From: Nitrosopumilus sp.
GTDB lineage: Archaea; Thermoproteota; Nitrososphaeria; Nitrososphaerales; Nitrosopumilaceae
Assembly: GCA_965249555.1 (NCBI GenBank)
Contig: OZ252243.1
Span: forward strand, 1,924,961-1,956,960
Reading direction: 5' to 3'
DNA: 32,000 bases
Shown: in pieces, positions 1 through 9,367 of the stretch
Layout: each line of letters opens with the position of its first letter
How positions within the stretch are numbered: the stretch's first letter is position 1
Program-made: the position numbers and the translations under genes
Notes under the pieces: model-generated
What the model saw: the letters and a program-made list of their open reading frames with translations, nothing else
What the model was told of the DNA's origin: nothing
The model's database searches: none

Positions 1-1084
1 TTTTTGATCTCTTTATGTTAACTGCTGGATTATTGAAATAGTCGCTACTCAATTTATCATACATCTTGCCTAATTTCTTGTAAAGTCGTTTGGGTTTTCT
101 TGCTTTCTGATTACTTAGAACATATAATGCAAGAATTGGAAATGCAATTGTCGAATCAGTATAAACTGTTATCAGTCCCTGATCTGAATGTCGAACTTTG
201 CCCCAACTTTTTCCTTCTTGCAGTGTTGCACCAGATAATCCTCCTGTGTCTGGTCGTGCATCTGTAATTTGAATAACGTAATCTTGCCCTCCATCATCCC
301 TTCTTAGTATTTGATCTAATAGAGGAGCTGTTTGCTGAGCCGTGTTCTTTGGTACTCCTCCACCTAGTTCTAAAATTCCTGATTTTTTTGAATTATAAAG
401 AATTGCTGCTTGTTCAATAATCTCTCTAACAAAATCTAGACTGAATATCTTATTTTCTAGTCTATGAACTACCAAATTCAATGCTAATGATGAATCCTTT
501 ATTGTGGAAATGTATACTGGAACATCATATTCATATGCCGCTGCAATGAAACTCTTTTCAGGATGTTTTGATTTCTCTTTACTTTTCTTTCCCATCAAAT
601 TACAAAATTCTGCAGTTGTAAATGGCTTGTCTTGAAAGTCTGATTCAAACATTTTCTGAATAACTTGATCTTCTGCTTCCAATGTTTCATAAAACTTGAT
701 GTATACATCTCTGATTCTGACAATCTCATTTTCATACAATTTTCCATCATCAACAACAGAACTTCCTTGTTTAACAGGTAATCCCCATGCAAAATGATCT
801 TCATGATAGACGTTAGCCCCAGTTGTAATAATCCAATCTACGAATCCTCTCTCGATTAATGTTTTAATGATTCCTCCAAATCCAACTGGTGTCATTGCAC
901 CAGCTACTGTGAGACAAATTGTTGCATCTTCTTTGATCATTTTGGCATAAAGTTTTGCCGCCTCTCCAAGTTTTCTTCCATTATATCCTGAACTTGCAAA
1001 TACATCAACCAAATCCTCAATAGTCATATTTTCATCTAATTTTATGTGAGGAATGTCTTTACCATGAAATTTGTGTGGATCCAC
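1..1084 (-). CDS. dys: Deoxyhypusine synthase; the 3' end runs off the left edge, so there is no stop in the window and it is absent from the ORF track
   Basis: Reverse-strand translation read by eye: ...KLGEAAKLYAKMIKEDATICLTVAGAMTPVGFGGIIKTLIERGFVDWIITTGANVYHEDHF..., ...ELGGGVPKN..., ...QITDARPDTGGLSGATLQEGKSWGKV.... These match the conserved DHS GGGxxK and SWGK regions. The first in-frame ATG is at 1026 (MTIEDL); GTG at 1084 (VDPHKFHGKDIPHIKL) is the more likely start. Confidence 0.85.
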   Translation of the reverse strand, partial: MDPHKFHGKDIPHIKLDENMTIEDLVDVFASSGYNGRKLGEAAKLYAKMIKEDATICLTVAGAMTPVGFGGIIKTLIERGFVDWIITTGANVYHEDHFAWGLPVKQGSSVVDDGKLYENEIVRIRDVYIKFYETLEAEDQVIQKMFESDFQDKPFTTAEFCNLMGKKSKEKSKHPEKSFIAAAYEYDVPVYISTIKDSSLALNLVVHRLENKIFSLDFVREIIEQAAILYNSKKSGILELGGGVPKNTAQQTAPLLDQILRRDDGGQDYVIQITDARPDTGGLSGATLQEGKSWGKVRHSDQGLITVYTDSTIAFPILALYVLSNQKARKPKRLYKKLGKMYDKLSSDYFNNPAVNIKRSK

Positions 1085-1200
1085 TTTTAAAAAATAACTT
1101 TTTGCTATAATTAATACTTGCGCAAGAATTCTTTTACATATGATATTCTGAACTTTCAAGCAAACATTACTTATGTATGAATAACATATACTGATACTAA

Positions 1201-1533
1201 ATGACTATCGTTGATTTGCATGATCCACAGCGAGTAAATAGAACGCCTGATGATGTTGAGGTTTTACTCTCCTCTGGAGATTTTATTCAAGACGGATTTA
1301 GAATATCTAAAGTTGAATTACGTCTTTACAATGAAAGATCTGATGAAAAGTTGGGAGATTATTCATTGATTACCTCTTTTGTTGAGACTGACAAGGGTTC
1401 TATTGAAATGATTTATGATGAAGGATTCCGTGGAAAAAAACCTCTTTTCAGAGCGGCTGAATTTCTTACTTCTAATTTAGGAATATCTGCACTGATTTTA
1501 CGCTCAATTATCTCACTACGTGAAAAAACATAA
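1201..1533 (+). CDS. Hypothetical protein, 110 aa
   Basis: Track ORF with an ATG start and unbiased composition, divergent from dys. I recognise no motif. Confidence 0.45.
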   Translation: MTIVDLHDPQRVNRTPDDVEVLLSSGDFIQDGFRISKVELRLYNERSDEKLGDYSLITSFVETDKGSIEMIYDEGFRGKKPLFRAAEFLTSNLGISALILRSIISLREKT

Positions 1534-1844
1534 AACATTCTCATGAATTTCTGTAATTTCAATTACAAACAACTTGTTTTATTACATTTGTTCCTAATAT
1601 TTCTGAAATGAGTTTAACTTCACAGACCTCAAAGTCTGATAACGTATATGATAATGAAATGCACAAATTAAACACTGAACTACAAATCGCATTATTGAAA
1701 TGGAAACTAAGATCCTTCAAGAAGCCATGCTGTGGAATATGCACTAAAAGCACTTGGAAATCAATAACCATGAAAATATCTTATTTTATTGGGTTTTTGG
1801 CTATGTGGAAAAACTATATTAAACTAAATTAGTTATTTCAAAAC

Positions 1845-2003
1845 ATGAAAAGAAACTCTGCATTTGGTCATTGGACAGAAGAGGAAACAAACTGGTCAGA
1901 AAAAGACACTGCTTTCATAGATGCTACTATAAACAAGAAAAACAATGGAATTCCTACTAATCTTAAAGAAATAAAAGAGCTTCATGAATCACTATCTTAT
2001 TAG
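1845..2003 (+). CDS. Small hypothetical ORF, 52 aa (MKRNSAFGHWTEEETNWSEKD...)
   Basis: ATG at 1845, TAG at 2001-2003, read by eye. It is below the track length cutoff and has no recognisable domain. Confidence 0.25.
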   Translation: MKRNSAFGHWTEEETNWSEKDTAFIDATINKKNNGIPTNLKEIKELHESLSY

Positions 2004-2472
2004 ATGGAAATCATGTATGTATCAAGCACTTGGATGTATATCATCTCAGAAAACATGTTTGATTCCCTTCTTCCATGTCTCAAAGCATGTGAGACTGAGA
2101 TCATCCTCATGCCCTGACTACTCATCTGCCCGCGAACATTCCTCTGCATCACGCACTTTGGAATGGAATTCTCTGCATCATTGTTAGTTGATGGAACATC
2201 ACCATACATGACAAACGTAAACATGCTGTTCCTTGTAGTCTTTAGCTTCTTGCCAAACTGAACCATCTCCGTATCACCTTTCAAATATCGTGTAATGATA
2301 CGGTCTGTTTTAGTAAATTATTCTTGTACCTTTCTCGCTGTTTTATGCAATGATTATTAGTTGATCTTGGATCTTTTTGTGTAAATTGATTTGTGCGTAA
2401 AGGTTGATACATACTGTAGTTATTGTTTTTAAAGAAATACTCGGATTTGTACGTAATTGATGTTCTGATCAT
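2000..2472 (-). pseudogene. IS66-family (ISBst12-like) transposase C-terminal remnant, frameshifted
   Basis: Track ORF 2000..2284 contains ...YGDVPSTNNDAENSIPKCVMQRNVRGQMSSQGMRMISVSHALRHGRRESNMF. This resembles the IS66 C-terminal signature TNNxAERxIRxxVxxRK...S..G......L..T. The adjacent ORF 2281..2472 is in another frame. No DDE core or N-terminus is present. Confidence 0.55.
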
Positions 2473-2547
2473 TTAAATCATTATGACATAATTTTGTGTA
2501 TGTCATCAGTTTAAAATTTTAAATATGTATATTTGGTATTATAATCA

Positions 2548-2637
2548 GGTGGGTAAAGTCTCTTGAGCAATCAAGAGGATCTTGACCGAATCAATGATGC
2601 CTATTTGGATAGGATGGGAGACAGGTCAAGAGTCACC
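2548..2637. other. GC-enriched multi-hairpin element (candidate structured RNA or IS-end DNA structure)
   Basis: Nested complementarity read directly. GGTGG(2548-2552) pairs with TCACC(2633-2637). TCTCTTGA-GCAA-TCAAGAGG forms a hairpin at 2559-2578. TCTTGACC(2580-2587) pairs with GGTCAAGA(2624-2631), enclosing CCTAT-TTGG-ATAGG(2600-2613). Confidence 0.3.
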
Positions 2638-2882
2638 AATTAATCTTATCTAATTTCTTACGATGATTTATTTTATTTGAAATCATATCAAAGTATGTTG
2701 AATCTTTATGTGTGATTTTTCTCTGCGTTGAAGGTAAAAAATTCTGATGACTTTGGACTAAATCCCACATCTCATGTTTCATCAATGTACACTGAAATAC
2801 ATGTCATAACCTATGACATTTCTCCAAGTTTAAAAATTAATTTACATTTTCTTTGTTTATCTGAATCATATATCAACAAATC

Positions 2883-2928
2883 GACTCTTGTCAATCTAGG
2901 TGATCTGACATAGTTAATGCTCAAAAGT
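2883..2928 (+). repeat. Solo copy (46 nt, 2 mismatches) of the dispersed IS-end repeat GGCTCTGGTCAATCTAGGTGATCTGACATAGTTAATGCTCAAAAGT
   Basis: gactcttgtcaatctaggtgatctgacatagttaatgctcaaaagt aligns with the reverse complement of 14749-14794 and with 17016-17061. Confidence 0.8.
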
Positions 2929-3023
2929 TAAATAAACAAATATCTAGACATGGAAGATCAAGTCCATGTGGGATCCGTTTTATTTAACAAGATATTAATT
3001 ATAATGTATTGAGAAATGAAAGC

Positions 3024-3188
3024 ATGATTAAAGAATTAGATGATACTATTTTTGAACCAAATATGCGAGGTTTACATAGCCCATATCTTTATTTTACAGG
3101 TTATAACATAAATCAAAATATGCAAAATGACCGTATAAAAAAAATAGATACATTAATCAATGAAATAGATAACATGTTGAATAATTGA
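3024..3188 (+). CDS. Small hypothetical ORF, 54 aa
   Basis: ATG at 3024, TGA at 3186-3188 (MIKELDDTIFEPNMRGLHSPYLYFTGYNINQNMQNDRIKKIDTLINEIDNMLNN). It is co-oriented with the downstream ORFs. Confidence 0.25.
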   Translation: MIKELDDTIFEPNMRGLHSPYLYFTGYNINQNMQNDRIKKIDTLINEIDNMLNN

Positions 3189-3266
3189 GTGCTTTTAGAA
3201 AAGATTATGAGAATAAAATTAACTGAAGATTAAAAAATACAACAAATCAAAGGTGAATATTCATAT

Positions 3267-3668
3267 GTGTTAGATATTGGAATTGAAAAAGTATTAGATG
3301 CTACTGAAATAGATTATGCTTCTGGCACTGATTATGAAAAAGATACTCTAAAACAACTCTTAATTCAAGAAGAATTAAAATGGGAAAAAATAGAAGAGTA
3401 TGATCGTAAAGCAAATCATGATGAAGATTTGAAAACACAATCTTTCAGTTTTATACCAAAAGCGCATGCTTCTCACAATAGTTGTTCAACCATGCCGTTT
3501 GTAAATATATTCAAACAAGTAACCGTTGATATTAACGGTCAAGATGGATTTGAAGGTGGAAATCAATTGTATAATGTTGTAAGAACTACAATGTCTGATT
3601 GTTCAGTAAAATACACACTATCATTCTTAGATGAGGATCATCCAAATTCTTGGGTTTGCTGCATATGA
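3267..3668 (+). CDS. Hypothetical protein, 133 aa (GTG start); possibly the 5' part of a frameshifted gene
   Basis: Track ORF that overlaps the next ORF by 38 nt in a different frame. Confidence 0.4.
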   Translation: MLDIGIEKVLDATEIDYASGTDYEKDTLKQLLIQEELKWEKIEEYDRKANHDEDLKTQSFSFIPKAHASHNSCSTMPFVNIFKQVTVDINGQDGFEGGNQLYNVVRTTMSDCSVKYTLSFLDEDHPNSWVCCI

Positions 3669-3909
3669 TCAAGTAAGATTGCATACATATGACAGAATCA
3701 CAGATGTGGAAGTATTTTATGTTCAATCTTCAGGAATATTTTTTGATGATACTTGGAGTGATGGAGACGATTTCTTTGTGTGGTTCGGACCACATGGAAC
3801 AACAACGAAACCATTTTCTTCCACTGTTTATGTAAGTAATGCTTGGAATCATAACTTTGATGTTATAGATGAAAATCCTAGTATGAGTAAATTCACATGG
3901 TTGTCCTAA
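3631..3909 (+). CDS. Hypothetical protein, 92 aa; possibly the 3' part of a frameshifted gene
   Basis: Track ORF with an ATG start inside the end of the previous ORF. Confidence 0.4.
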   Translation: MRIIQILGFAAYDQVRLHTYDRITDVEVFYVQSSGIFFDDTWSDGDDFFVWFGPHGTTTKPFSSTVYVSNAWNHNFDVIDENPSMSKFTWLS

Positions 3910-4178
3910 TCCCTTCTTTTTTTATATATCTTAAAAAATCTCTGTCTGTAATTCAGATCTTATTTTCTAGTATCATTTTATTTTTTATTATTAATGCTGA
4001 AACTTGGTTTTTTGGTCAGAAATTTAGCGGTGTTGAAGCTTTTTCTATCAATGGAACAATTGGAATTGTAGGCATTATAGTTGGTATTGCACAGTGGAAA
4101 AACATTACAAAGTCTGAAATGTTTTTAGTTGGATGGTATGTTACTGTCTTTTTTTGGTTTGCAGGTAATAGACTATGA
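3897..4178 (+). CDS. Small integral membrane protein, 93 aa
   Basis: Three hydrophobic stretches (ILFSSIILFFII, IGIVGIIVGIA, FLVGWYVTVFFWF). The 13-nt overlap with the upstream ORF suggests an operon. Confidence 0.5.
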   Translation: MVVLIPSFFIYLKKSLSVIQILFSSIILFFIINAETWFFGQKFSGVEAFSINGTIGIVGIIVGIAQWKNITKSEMFLVGWYVTVFFWFAGNRL

Positions 4179-4215
4179 GTGATTTGTTAGATAACTGAGG
4201 GTTGGGAGAATATCA

Positions 4216-4440
4216 TTACCCTTGTTGTATTTCAACAAAACAATCTAGATTTTCATCAAATTTCAAATTAACCATATCTCCACCCATAGAAACAAAATCA
4301 GAAACCCACACACAAGGACCAGCCAAATTACCATGAGTTATGAAATTAATAATTAATTTTAGATTGATTAGAAAAACAATACACAGTATTACCAATAAAA
4401 GTAAACCAAAAATAAAAAAGAGAAGTTTAAAAGTTATCAT
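4216..4440 (-). CDS. Small membrane protein, ~74 aa from ATG 4440 (the track gives 4216..4512)
   Basis: TM segment LLFFIFGLLLLVILCIVFLI. ATG at 4440 overlaps the stop of the upstream gene (C ATG ATA ACT TTT AA). Confidence 0.4.
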   Translation of the reverse strand: MITFKLLFFIFGLLLLVILCIVFLINLKLIINFITHGNLAGPCVWVSDFVSMGGDMVNLKFDENLDCFVEIQQG

Positions 4441-5329
4441 GCCACCAATGAACATAAGGTCCCCACCAAAAGCTTGGCCATGAATAACCCAAGACTTCAG
4501 GATTTGGTTCATTTTCAGTAATTATATAATTATAGCTATATGAGCTTATGATAGCTTGATCACGGAATGATCCATCATTACAATTTCCAGGAGAACCAGA
4601 AGTTACAACAGATGCAAAGTCATAAGGTCTAGAAGACTCGTCAGAAAAAGTAGCATAAGACGGAACCATGTGGTATCCATTTTGATACAGGTTGTATTGT
4701 GCAGCATACAATGCACTAAAACCAGATATGGTTGTAGGTGTAGAATCTGCAGGGTGAGGATTTTGATAGTTTCCACCACAAACTAGATTGGAATTACTGT
4801 TACTGTGATGAATTGTATGTATCGGATATTCAGACACACCAAATGCCGAAACAATTGGAGTAACATAATTAAATGTTGTAAAAGTAATTTCATTTACTTT
4901 ATTTACAGAATCAGATTGTGTTTCAAATAGAGATTTGAATTTTCCATTTTCAAATTCATATAATGCTTGATCTAGAGCATCTCTATTTGTTTCAAATTCA
5001 TCTACTTGACCAGTAGAGCCACTTGTTGCAGCAGTCATTATGTCATTATTATGAACTGCAAAATCATTTGCAATATCAATGTCTAGTTGTGACACATCAT
5101 AATCTTCGACTGCATCTATGATGTCAAATGTGATGTTTTTATTTTCATCATAAATTACATATGTCTCCATTACTCCAAAAGAGTGTTCAATTTCTTCTAA
5201 CGTGTATGTTTGTATTGGTTCTATTTCATCTGAACCACCTGGTATTGTCTGTGCAGTTACACCATTCATTCCTGCTGGAACTAATAGTATTGCCAACAAT
5301 AGTATTTTCAATGTCATTGTACTATACAC
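4427..5329 (-). CDS. Secreted protein of unknown function, 300 aa
   Basis: N-terminal signal-like sequence MTLKILLLAILLVPAGMNGVTAQ (ATG at 5317 is more likely than GTG at 5329). Trp-rich C-terminus WPSFWWGPYVHWWHDNF. Confidence 0.6.
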   Translation of the reverse strand: MYSTMTLKILLLAILLVPAGMNGVTAQTIPGGSDEIEPIQTYTLEEIEHSFGVMETYVIYDENKNITFDIIDAVEDYDVSQLDIDIANDFAVHNNDIMTAATSGSTGQVDEFETNRDALDQALYEFENGKFKSLFETQSDSVNKVNEITFTTFNYVTPIVSAFGVSEYPIHTIHHSNSNSNLVCGGNYQNPHPADSTPTTISGFSALYAAQYNLYQNGYHMVPSYATFSDESSRPYDFASVVTSGSPGNCNDGSFRDQAIISSYSYNYIITENEPNPEVLGYSWPSFWWGPYVHWWHDNF

Positions 5330-5531
5330 GGCACCTTGTTATAATAAAATTGATAATGACTTGCGGTATGCCTCAAAATAATAAAGCAGTTTATGGCAAT
5401 TTGCTATCTTACAAAGTATACGTGATGCCTGCAGCCCACAAATTGTACAGTTACACCAATAAAACAAAATCAAAGCACCAAAAAAGGTTCTATTAGATTT
5501 ACGGGATCTATCCAAACTGCTGCAAACTTGA

Positions 5532-5547
5532 GGCTCTGGTCAATCTA
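5532..5547 (+). repeat. 16-nt IS-type terminus GGCTCTGGTCAATCTA, a perfect inverted partner of 14779-14794
   Basis: Exact match to the outermost 16 nt of the repeat family. Similarity stops after 16 nt. Confidence 0.7.
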
Positions 5548-5875
5548 CATTTAATCCAATTAAATGAAAGTCTTTATGAGTGGGACAGGTAGTATGTTCC
5601 CATCTCTGAAGTGGATTTTTTGTTTGTGCAACATTTGTGATAAAGTGTTGTAATCTCCATTTACCAAGTTCTGATATGCCTTCTTTTTCTTTTAAAAAAT
5701 CATTCTCATACTTTATACTAATCCAAAATAATTTTTTAATTCCTTAAATTTTCATTATGCCTTGTAAAATTGTAAGAGGTATAGTTTTGGATTTTAGAGA
5801 TTGCTCAACTCTTTTTGTATGCTCATCCTTCCATTCTGGTGCATAACCTAATTTTGTATCCATCTTTTTGATCAT
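5540..5875 (-). pseudogene. 111-codon ORF with one in-frame TAA (5744-5746); unknown function
   Basis: Read by eye: MIKKMDTKLGYAPEWKDEHTKRVEQSLKSKTIPLTILQGIMKI*GIKKLFWISIKYENDFLKEKEGISELGKWRLQHFITNVAQTKNPLQRWEHTTCPTHKDFHLIGLNVD*. The terminal TGA (5540-5542) lies inside the 16-nt terminus. Confidence 0.35.
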
Positions 5876-6058
5876 CTATTATTACCTCCATTAAGCTATA
5901 CATTAGTAGATTAAAAAGAATTCGACTCTTGGCACTGTTAAGTTGACGGGTGCCGTCAGCAAACACCAATGCCAAGAATGATTGGTACAGATATGATGGG
6001 AAAATTATTAAGAAATATGAAAAATGTAGATCTCTCAAAGTCTGAATGAGAATAATGT

Positions 6059-9000
6059 CTAAAATTTATCCAGTCCTTTTTCTCCAAGAGACTCGTCAAA
6101 TTTTTCAGGAGTGATAAACATTGCACCCACTAGCTTTAGTTCAGGTTCCTGTCTCTGTCCTTCCTCTCTGGCCTTGACGGGGGTTGTCTCTTCCTGTATT
6201 CCTATAAATCCACCCAATTTTTTTATTCCAGTTATCAGACTCGTCATATCTTGACTTCGTTGATATTCTGAAAGTAACGAGTTCAAATCATCAGGCCACT
6301 GTCGCAGATATTCTGACTGTATAATGTTGATTGTCTCTTTGCCCTCATCTTTGATAATTTTCCCTTCTAATATTGCATCCAACACAACCTTGCATACAGC
6401 ATCAACATTTCTGTCATGCTTTTGGCGTTTTGTACTGTTACTATTTTTGGCATCTAATGACACTGTATCATTTTTTTTCTTTATTGCCTCTCGTGCCTTT
6501 TTATCTATTTTTAATAACAGTTCAAATGATTTTTGATTATCTTCACCATCCATTGGAAGATGAGTAAAAGTATCTTTCATGCAGGAAGCAAGACGTATTA
6601 CTTCAGAATCATCATCAGGCACCGCTGCCTTGTCTGTCTTGAAATCATAACGTACAAAATATACACGCCATTCTGGTTTTTCTTGCAGGTATGCCAGAAC
6701 CGTCTTTTGACTTTCTCCTTTCTTACCGCTACGTCTTCCTATTGGAATATCTTGAACCGTCTCCATTCCCTTTTCCTTGATGAACCGTCCAAGCTCATTA
6801 ATTGGCGATAATGCCGGCATTACATCGGATTCTTTTTCCATTTTTTGGATTAGTTCATCAGAGCCATCCTTACCTGCAAGTACCTTGATTCTCTGCATGG
6901 CACCATTGAACTGTTTTGGGGTGGGGGCTTCTCCCAATATCTCTGAATCTCCTCCAATTACCTCATCTACAACATGTATCTTGTCTAACAATTTTCCCAT
7001 CAATCTCAAAATATCATCCAGTTCCTTGTCCGGATAACATGCTCTTGTATGAATCACATCATATGTGCTAGTAAGTCTGTCAATTCTGCCTGTTCTCTGG
7101 ACAATTCTCATCGGATTCCAGGGAAGATCATAGTTAATCACATAGTTGCAGTCTTGAAGATTCTGTCCTTCTGCCAAGACCTCAGTTGATATCAGTATGT
7201 CTATCTCTTTTTCTTCCAGTGTGTCACCTTCTGGCAGATTTGCTTTGGGCGAGAATCGTCGGATATACTTTATTCTTGTATCCTGGTTTGTGTTTCCGGT
7301 AATGATTTGGATAACATTGTTTGGGAATTTTTCTTCTAGTTTTTTTGTAATGTATCTGGCAGTTGCAGTATATTCTGTAAATATCAAGAGTTTTTTGCTC
7401 TCATTTTCCAATACTTTTTCCCTTAGGATTGTTTTTGTAACCTCGTCAATCTTTGTGTCAACTGTTATCTTTTTGACCTCCTCTAGTAGGTTTTCCAATA
7501 TTTCCAAATCTTTTTGCATGTCTTGTTTTAGAGTTTCAATATCGTAATTTCTGCTAATCTTTTCTTTTGGGATATCTTCAATTTCTTTGAGGAAAAACTT
7601 CATCTTTTCATCCTCATCTGTATCCGTACTTGGATCCTCACCGGATTCTGCAGAACTCCATTTTGCAATTATCTTGTTAAAGTCTCCAACTCGTAGGATT
7701 TTTCCCTCATCAAACACTTTTTTGATATATGTGTAGAGATTCACTTTGTTCTCAATGCTTATTCTTACTGCCTCTACGCTGCTCTCAAATCTTTTTAATA
7801 ATAATATGACTTGAAGATGTCCTACTGCCCTGTACTTGTTTCTCTCTTCTTCAGTTAGGCTTGTGTCATACTTGTCTATTCCATATGGTGCCATTGTTAA
7901 TCTGCCAATATCATCTAATATCTTTTGAAAAATATTTCCAAACAATTCAGAAAGACTATACTCTATCGAAGAATATTGATGATCTGGAAACTTTATTTTT
8001 TTACCCTCTATCTTGTCATCCTTATACACGTCTTTGATGTATGACCTAGTACGCCTAACCATCACCATATCTAGTAATTGCTCTATCTTTTCTAATCCCT
8101 GTGCAAGATCCTTGTTTGTCGCATCCCTCATGTGTTTGTACAGGTCTGGTATTCCAATTTGACGAGAAAAGTAATCATCATTTCCGCCTGTAATTATTGA
8201 TAATTGATAGTACAAATCCATCAGAGAGTTGTTAATTGGTGTCGCAGTTAGTAATATTGCCTGCTTTCTTTTTCCAACACTCATTAATTTCATCAGATTC
8301 TTTCTCCTGTTTGCACTCTTTGTTCGAAAGTTTTGGGACTCGTCAATTAGTACCAGATCAATATTTTTATATTTACCAAGTGTCTCTATAATCTCTTCTC
8401 TGCCAAGTGACTCCATTGTCAGCATTTCCCGGACATTGATGTCCACTTCTTTTAGTTTCTCCTTCCACATGCTGTTTAAAACCTGGGATGGTGCAATGAG
8501 CAGAACCTTTTTACCCTCTTTTAGTATTTTTTGCCGTACCATCTCTATTCCGATATTGGTCTTGCCAAGTCCTGTTGCATCTGCAATTATAACCCCGCCA
8601 AATTCTGATACAATGAACAGTCCTGCCTGTACTGCATCATGCTGAAATTTTGTTAGCACCTTGTTGCTTTTTGTATCCTGTTCAACTTTTTCAAGCAACG
8701 GCCTGAACCGCTCAAAGAGCATCTTCATGTAAATCGGGTATGGTTCGGATGGAGTGCCAAACTTTGACTGCCTTAGGACATCGATTAATTCCTGTTTTTT
8801 ATCATCTGCATTATCCCACATTCTATCAAACCATTCCCGGGTAGCCTCTGTGACTCCTGGCTGATACAGTCCTGCATTTAGCTCATAATTCTGGGTCATT
8901 CCGCCTGCTGTAAAGTTACTAGAGCCGATAAAGACCGAGTTCTCTCCAAATATGTAGCATTTGGAGTGATTGAACCTGTTTCCACCAATACGGACCTTGA

Positions 9001-9367
9001 TGTTTTCTTTCTCCAACAAATTGATCAAGGCAGTTGTATCGTCTTTATGCTCTACTGTAAGATCAGTATCATCAAGACTTGTCTTTAGTGATTTCATTTT
9101 GATAAATTCTTCATGCTGTTTTACTAATTTTTCAAAAGAGCCTTCCATAGGCAATATTGCATCCTTGCCAAGCAGCAATCTCAACTCAAATGACGGGTCT
9201 TTTGCTGCCTTGTCTAGTTCCTCACGAAGCATGCCATACCCTCGCACATCAAAGTATCCAGTTGAGATATCCAACTGTTTGACAAGTGGAATTTCTGAAT
9301 TGAGAATTTTCTGCATGGTGATATCTTTCGAGTTATCGATGATGTCTTTTTTAATTCTCTTGCCCAT
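6059..9367 (-). CDS. PLD-family (HKD) nuclease domain fused to an SNF2/SF2 helicase, 1102 aa
   Basis: Single HKD motif NHSKCYIFGENSVFIGSSNFTAGG in the N-terminal ~190 aa. Helicase motifs: I ADATGLGKT, II LVLIDESQNFR, III LLTATPINNS, V/VI STEVLAEGQNLQ...NPMRIVQRTGRIDR. About 330-aa C-terminal extension. The start overlaps the upstream MTase stop by 17 nt. Confidence 0.9.
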   Translation of the reverse strand: MGKRIKKDIIDNSKDITMQKILNSEIPLVKQLDISTGYFDVRGYGMLREELDKAAKDPSFELRLLLGKDAILPMEGSFEKLVKQHEEFIKMKSLKTSLDDTDLTVEHKDDTTALINLLEKENIKVRIGGNRFNHSKCYIFGENSVFIGSSNFTAGGMTQNYELNAGLYQPGVTEATREWFDRMWDNADDKKQELIDVLRQSKFGTPSEPYPIYMKMLFERFRPLLEKVEQDTKSNKVLTKFQHDAVQAGLFIVSEFGGVIIADATGLGKTNIGIEMVRQKILKEGKKVLLIAPSQVLNSMWKEKLKEVDINVREMLTMESLGREEIIETLGKYKNIDLVLIDESQNFRTKSANRRKNLMKLMSVGKRKQAILLTATPINNSLMDLYYQLSIITGGNDDYFSRQIGIPDLYKHMRDATNKDLAQGLEKIEQLLDMVMVRRTRSYIKDVYKDDKIEGKKIKFPDHQYSSIEYSLSELFGNIFQKILDDIGRLTMAPYGIDKYDTSLTEEERNKYRAVGHLQVILLLKRFESSVEAVRISIENKVNLYTYIKKVFDEGKILRVGDFNKIIAKWSSAESGEDPSTDTDEDEKMKFFLKEIEDIPKEKISRNYDIETLKQDMQKDLEILENLLEEVKKITVDTKIDEVTKTILREKVLENESKKLLIFTEYTATARYITKKLEEKFPNNVIQIITGNTNQDTRIKYIRRFSPKANLPEGDTLEEKEIDILISTEVLAEGQNLQDCNYVINYDLPWNPMRIVQRTGRIDRLTSTYDVIHTRACYPDKELDDILRLMGKLLDKIHVVDEVIGGDSEILGEAPTPKQFNGAMQRIKVLAGKDGSDELIQKMEKESDVMPALSPINELGRFIKEKGMETVQDIPIGRRSGKKGESQKTVLAYLQEKPEWRVYFVRYDFKTDKAAVPDDDSEVIRLASCMKDTFTHLPMDGEDNQKSFELLLKIDKKAREAIKKKNDTVSLDAKNSNSTKRQKHDRNVDAVCKVVLDAILEGKIIKDEGKETINIIQSEYLRQWPDDLNSLLSEYQRSQDMTSLITGIKKLGGFIGIQEETTPVKAREEGQRQEPELKLVGAMFITPEKFDESLGEKGLDKF

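Noticed and set aside
595-804. 69-aa track ORF on the minus strand.
   Set aside because: It lies out of frame inside the deoxyhypusine synthase coding region, and the DHS frame carries the conserved motifs.
1559-1832. Mutually antisense 70-aa and 74-aa track ORFs.
   Set aside because: Neither has recognisable features and they exclude each other. I cannot support either as a gene.
5161-6038. Track ORFs 5161..5496(+) and 5823..6038(-).
   Set aside because: The first is antisense to the 5' end of the secreted-protein gene. The second is out of frame with the more protein-like 5540..5875 reading and looks like a chance ORF.
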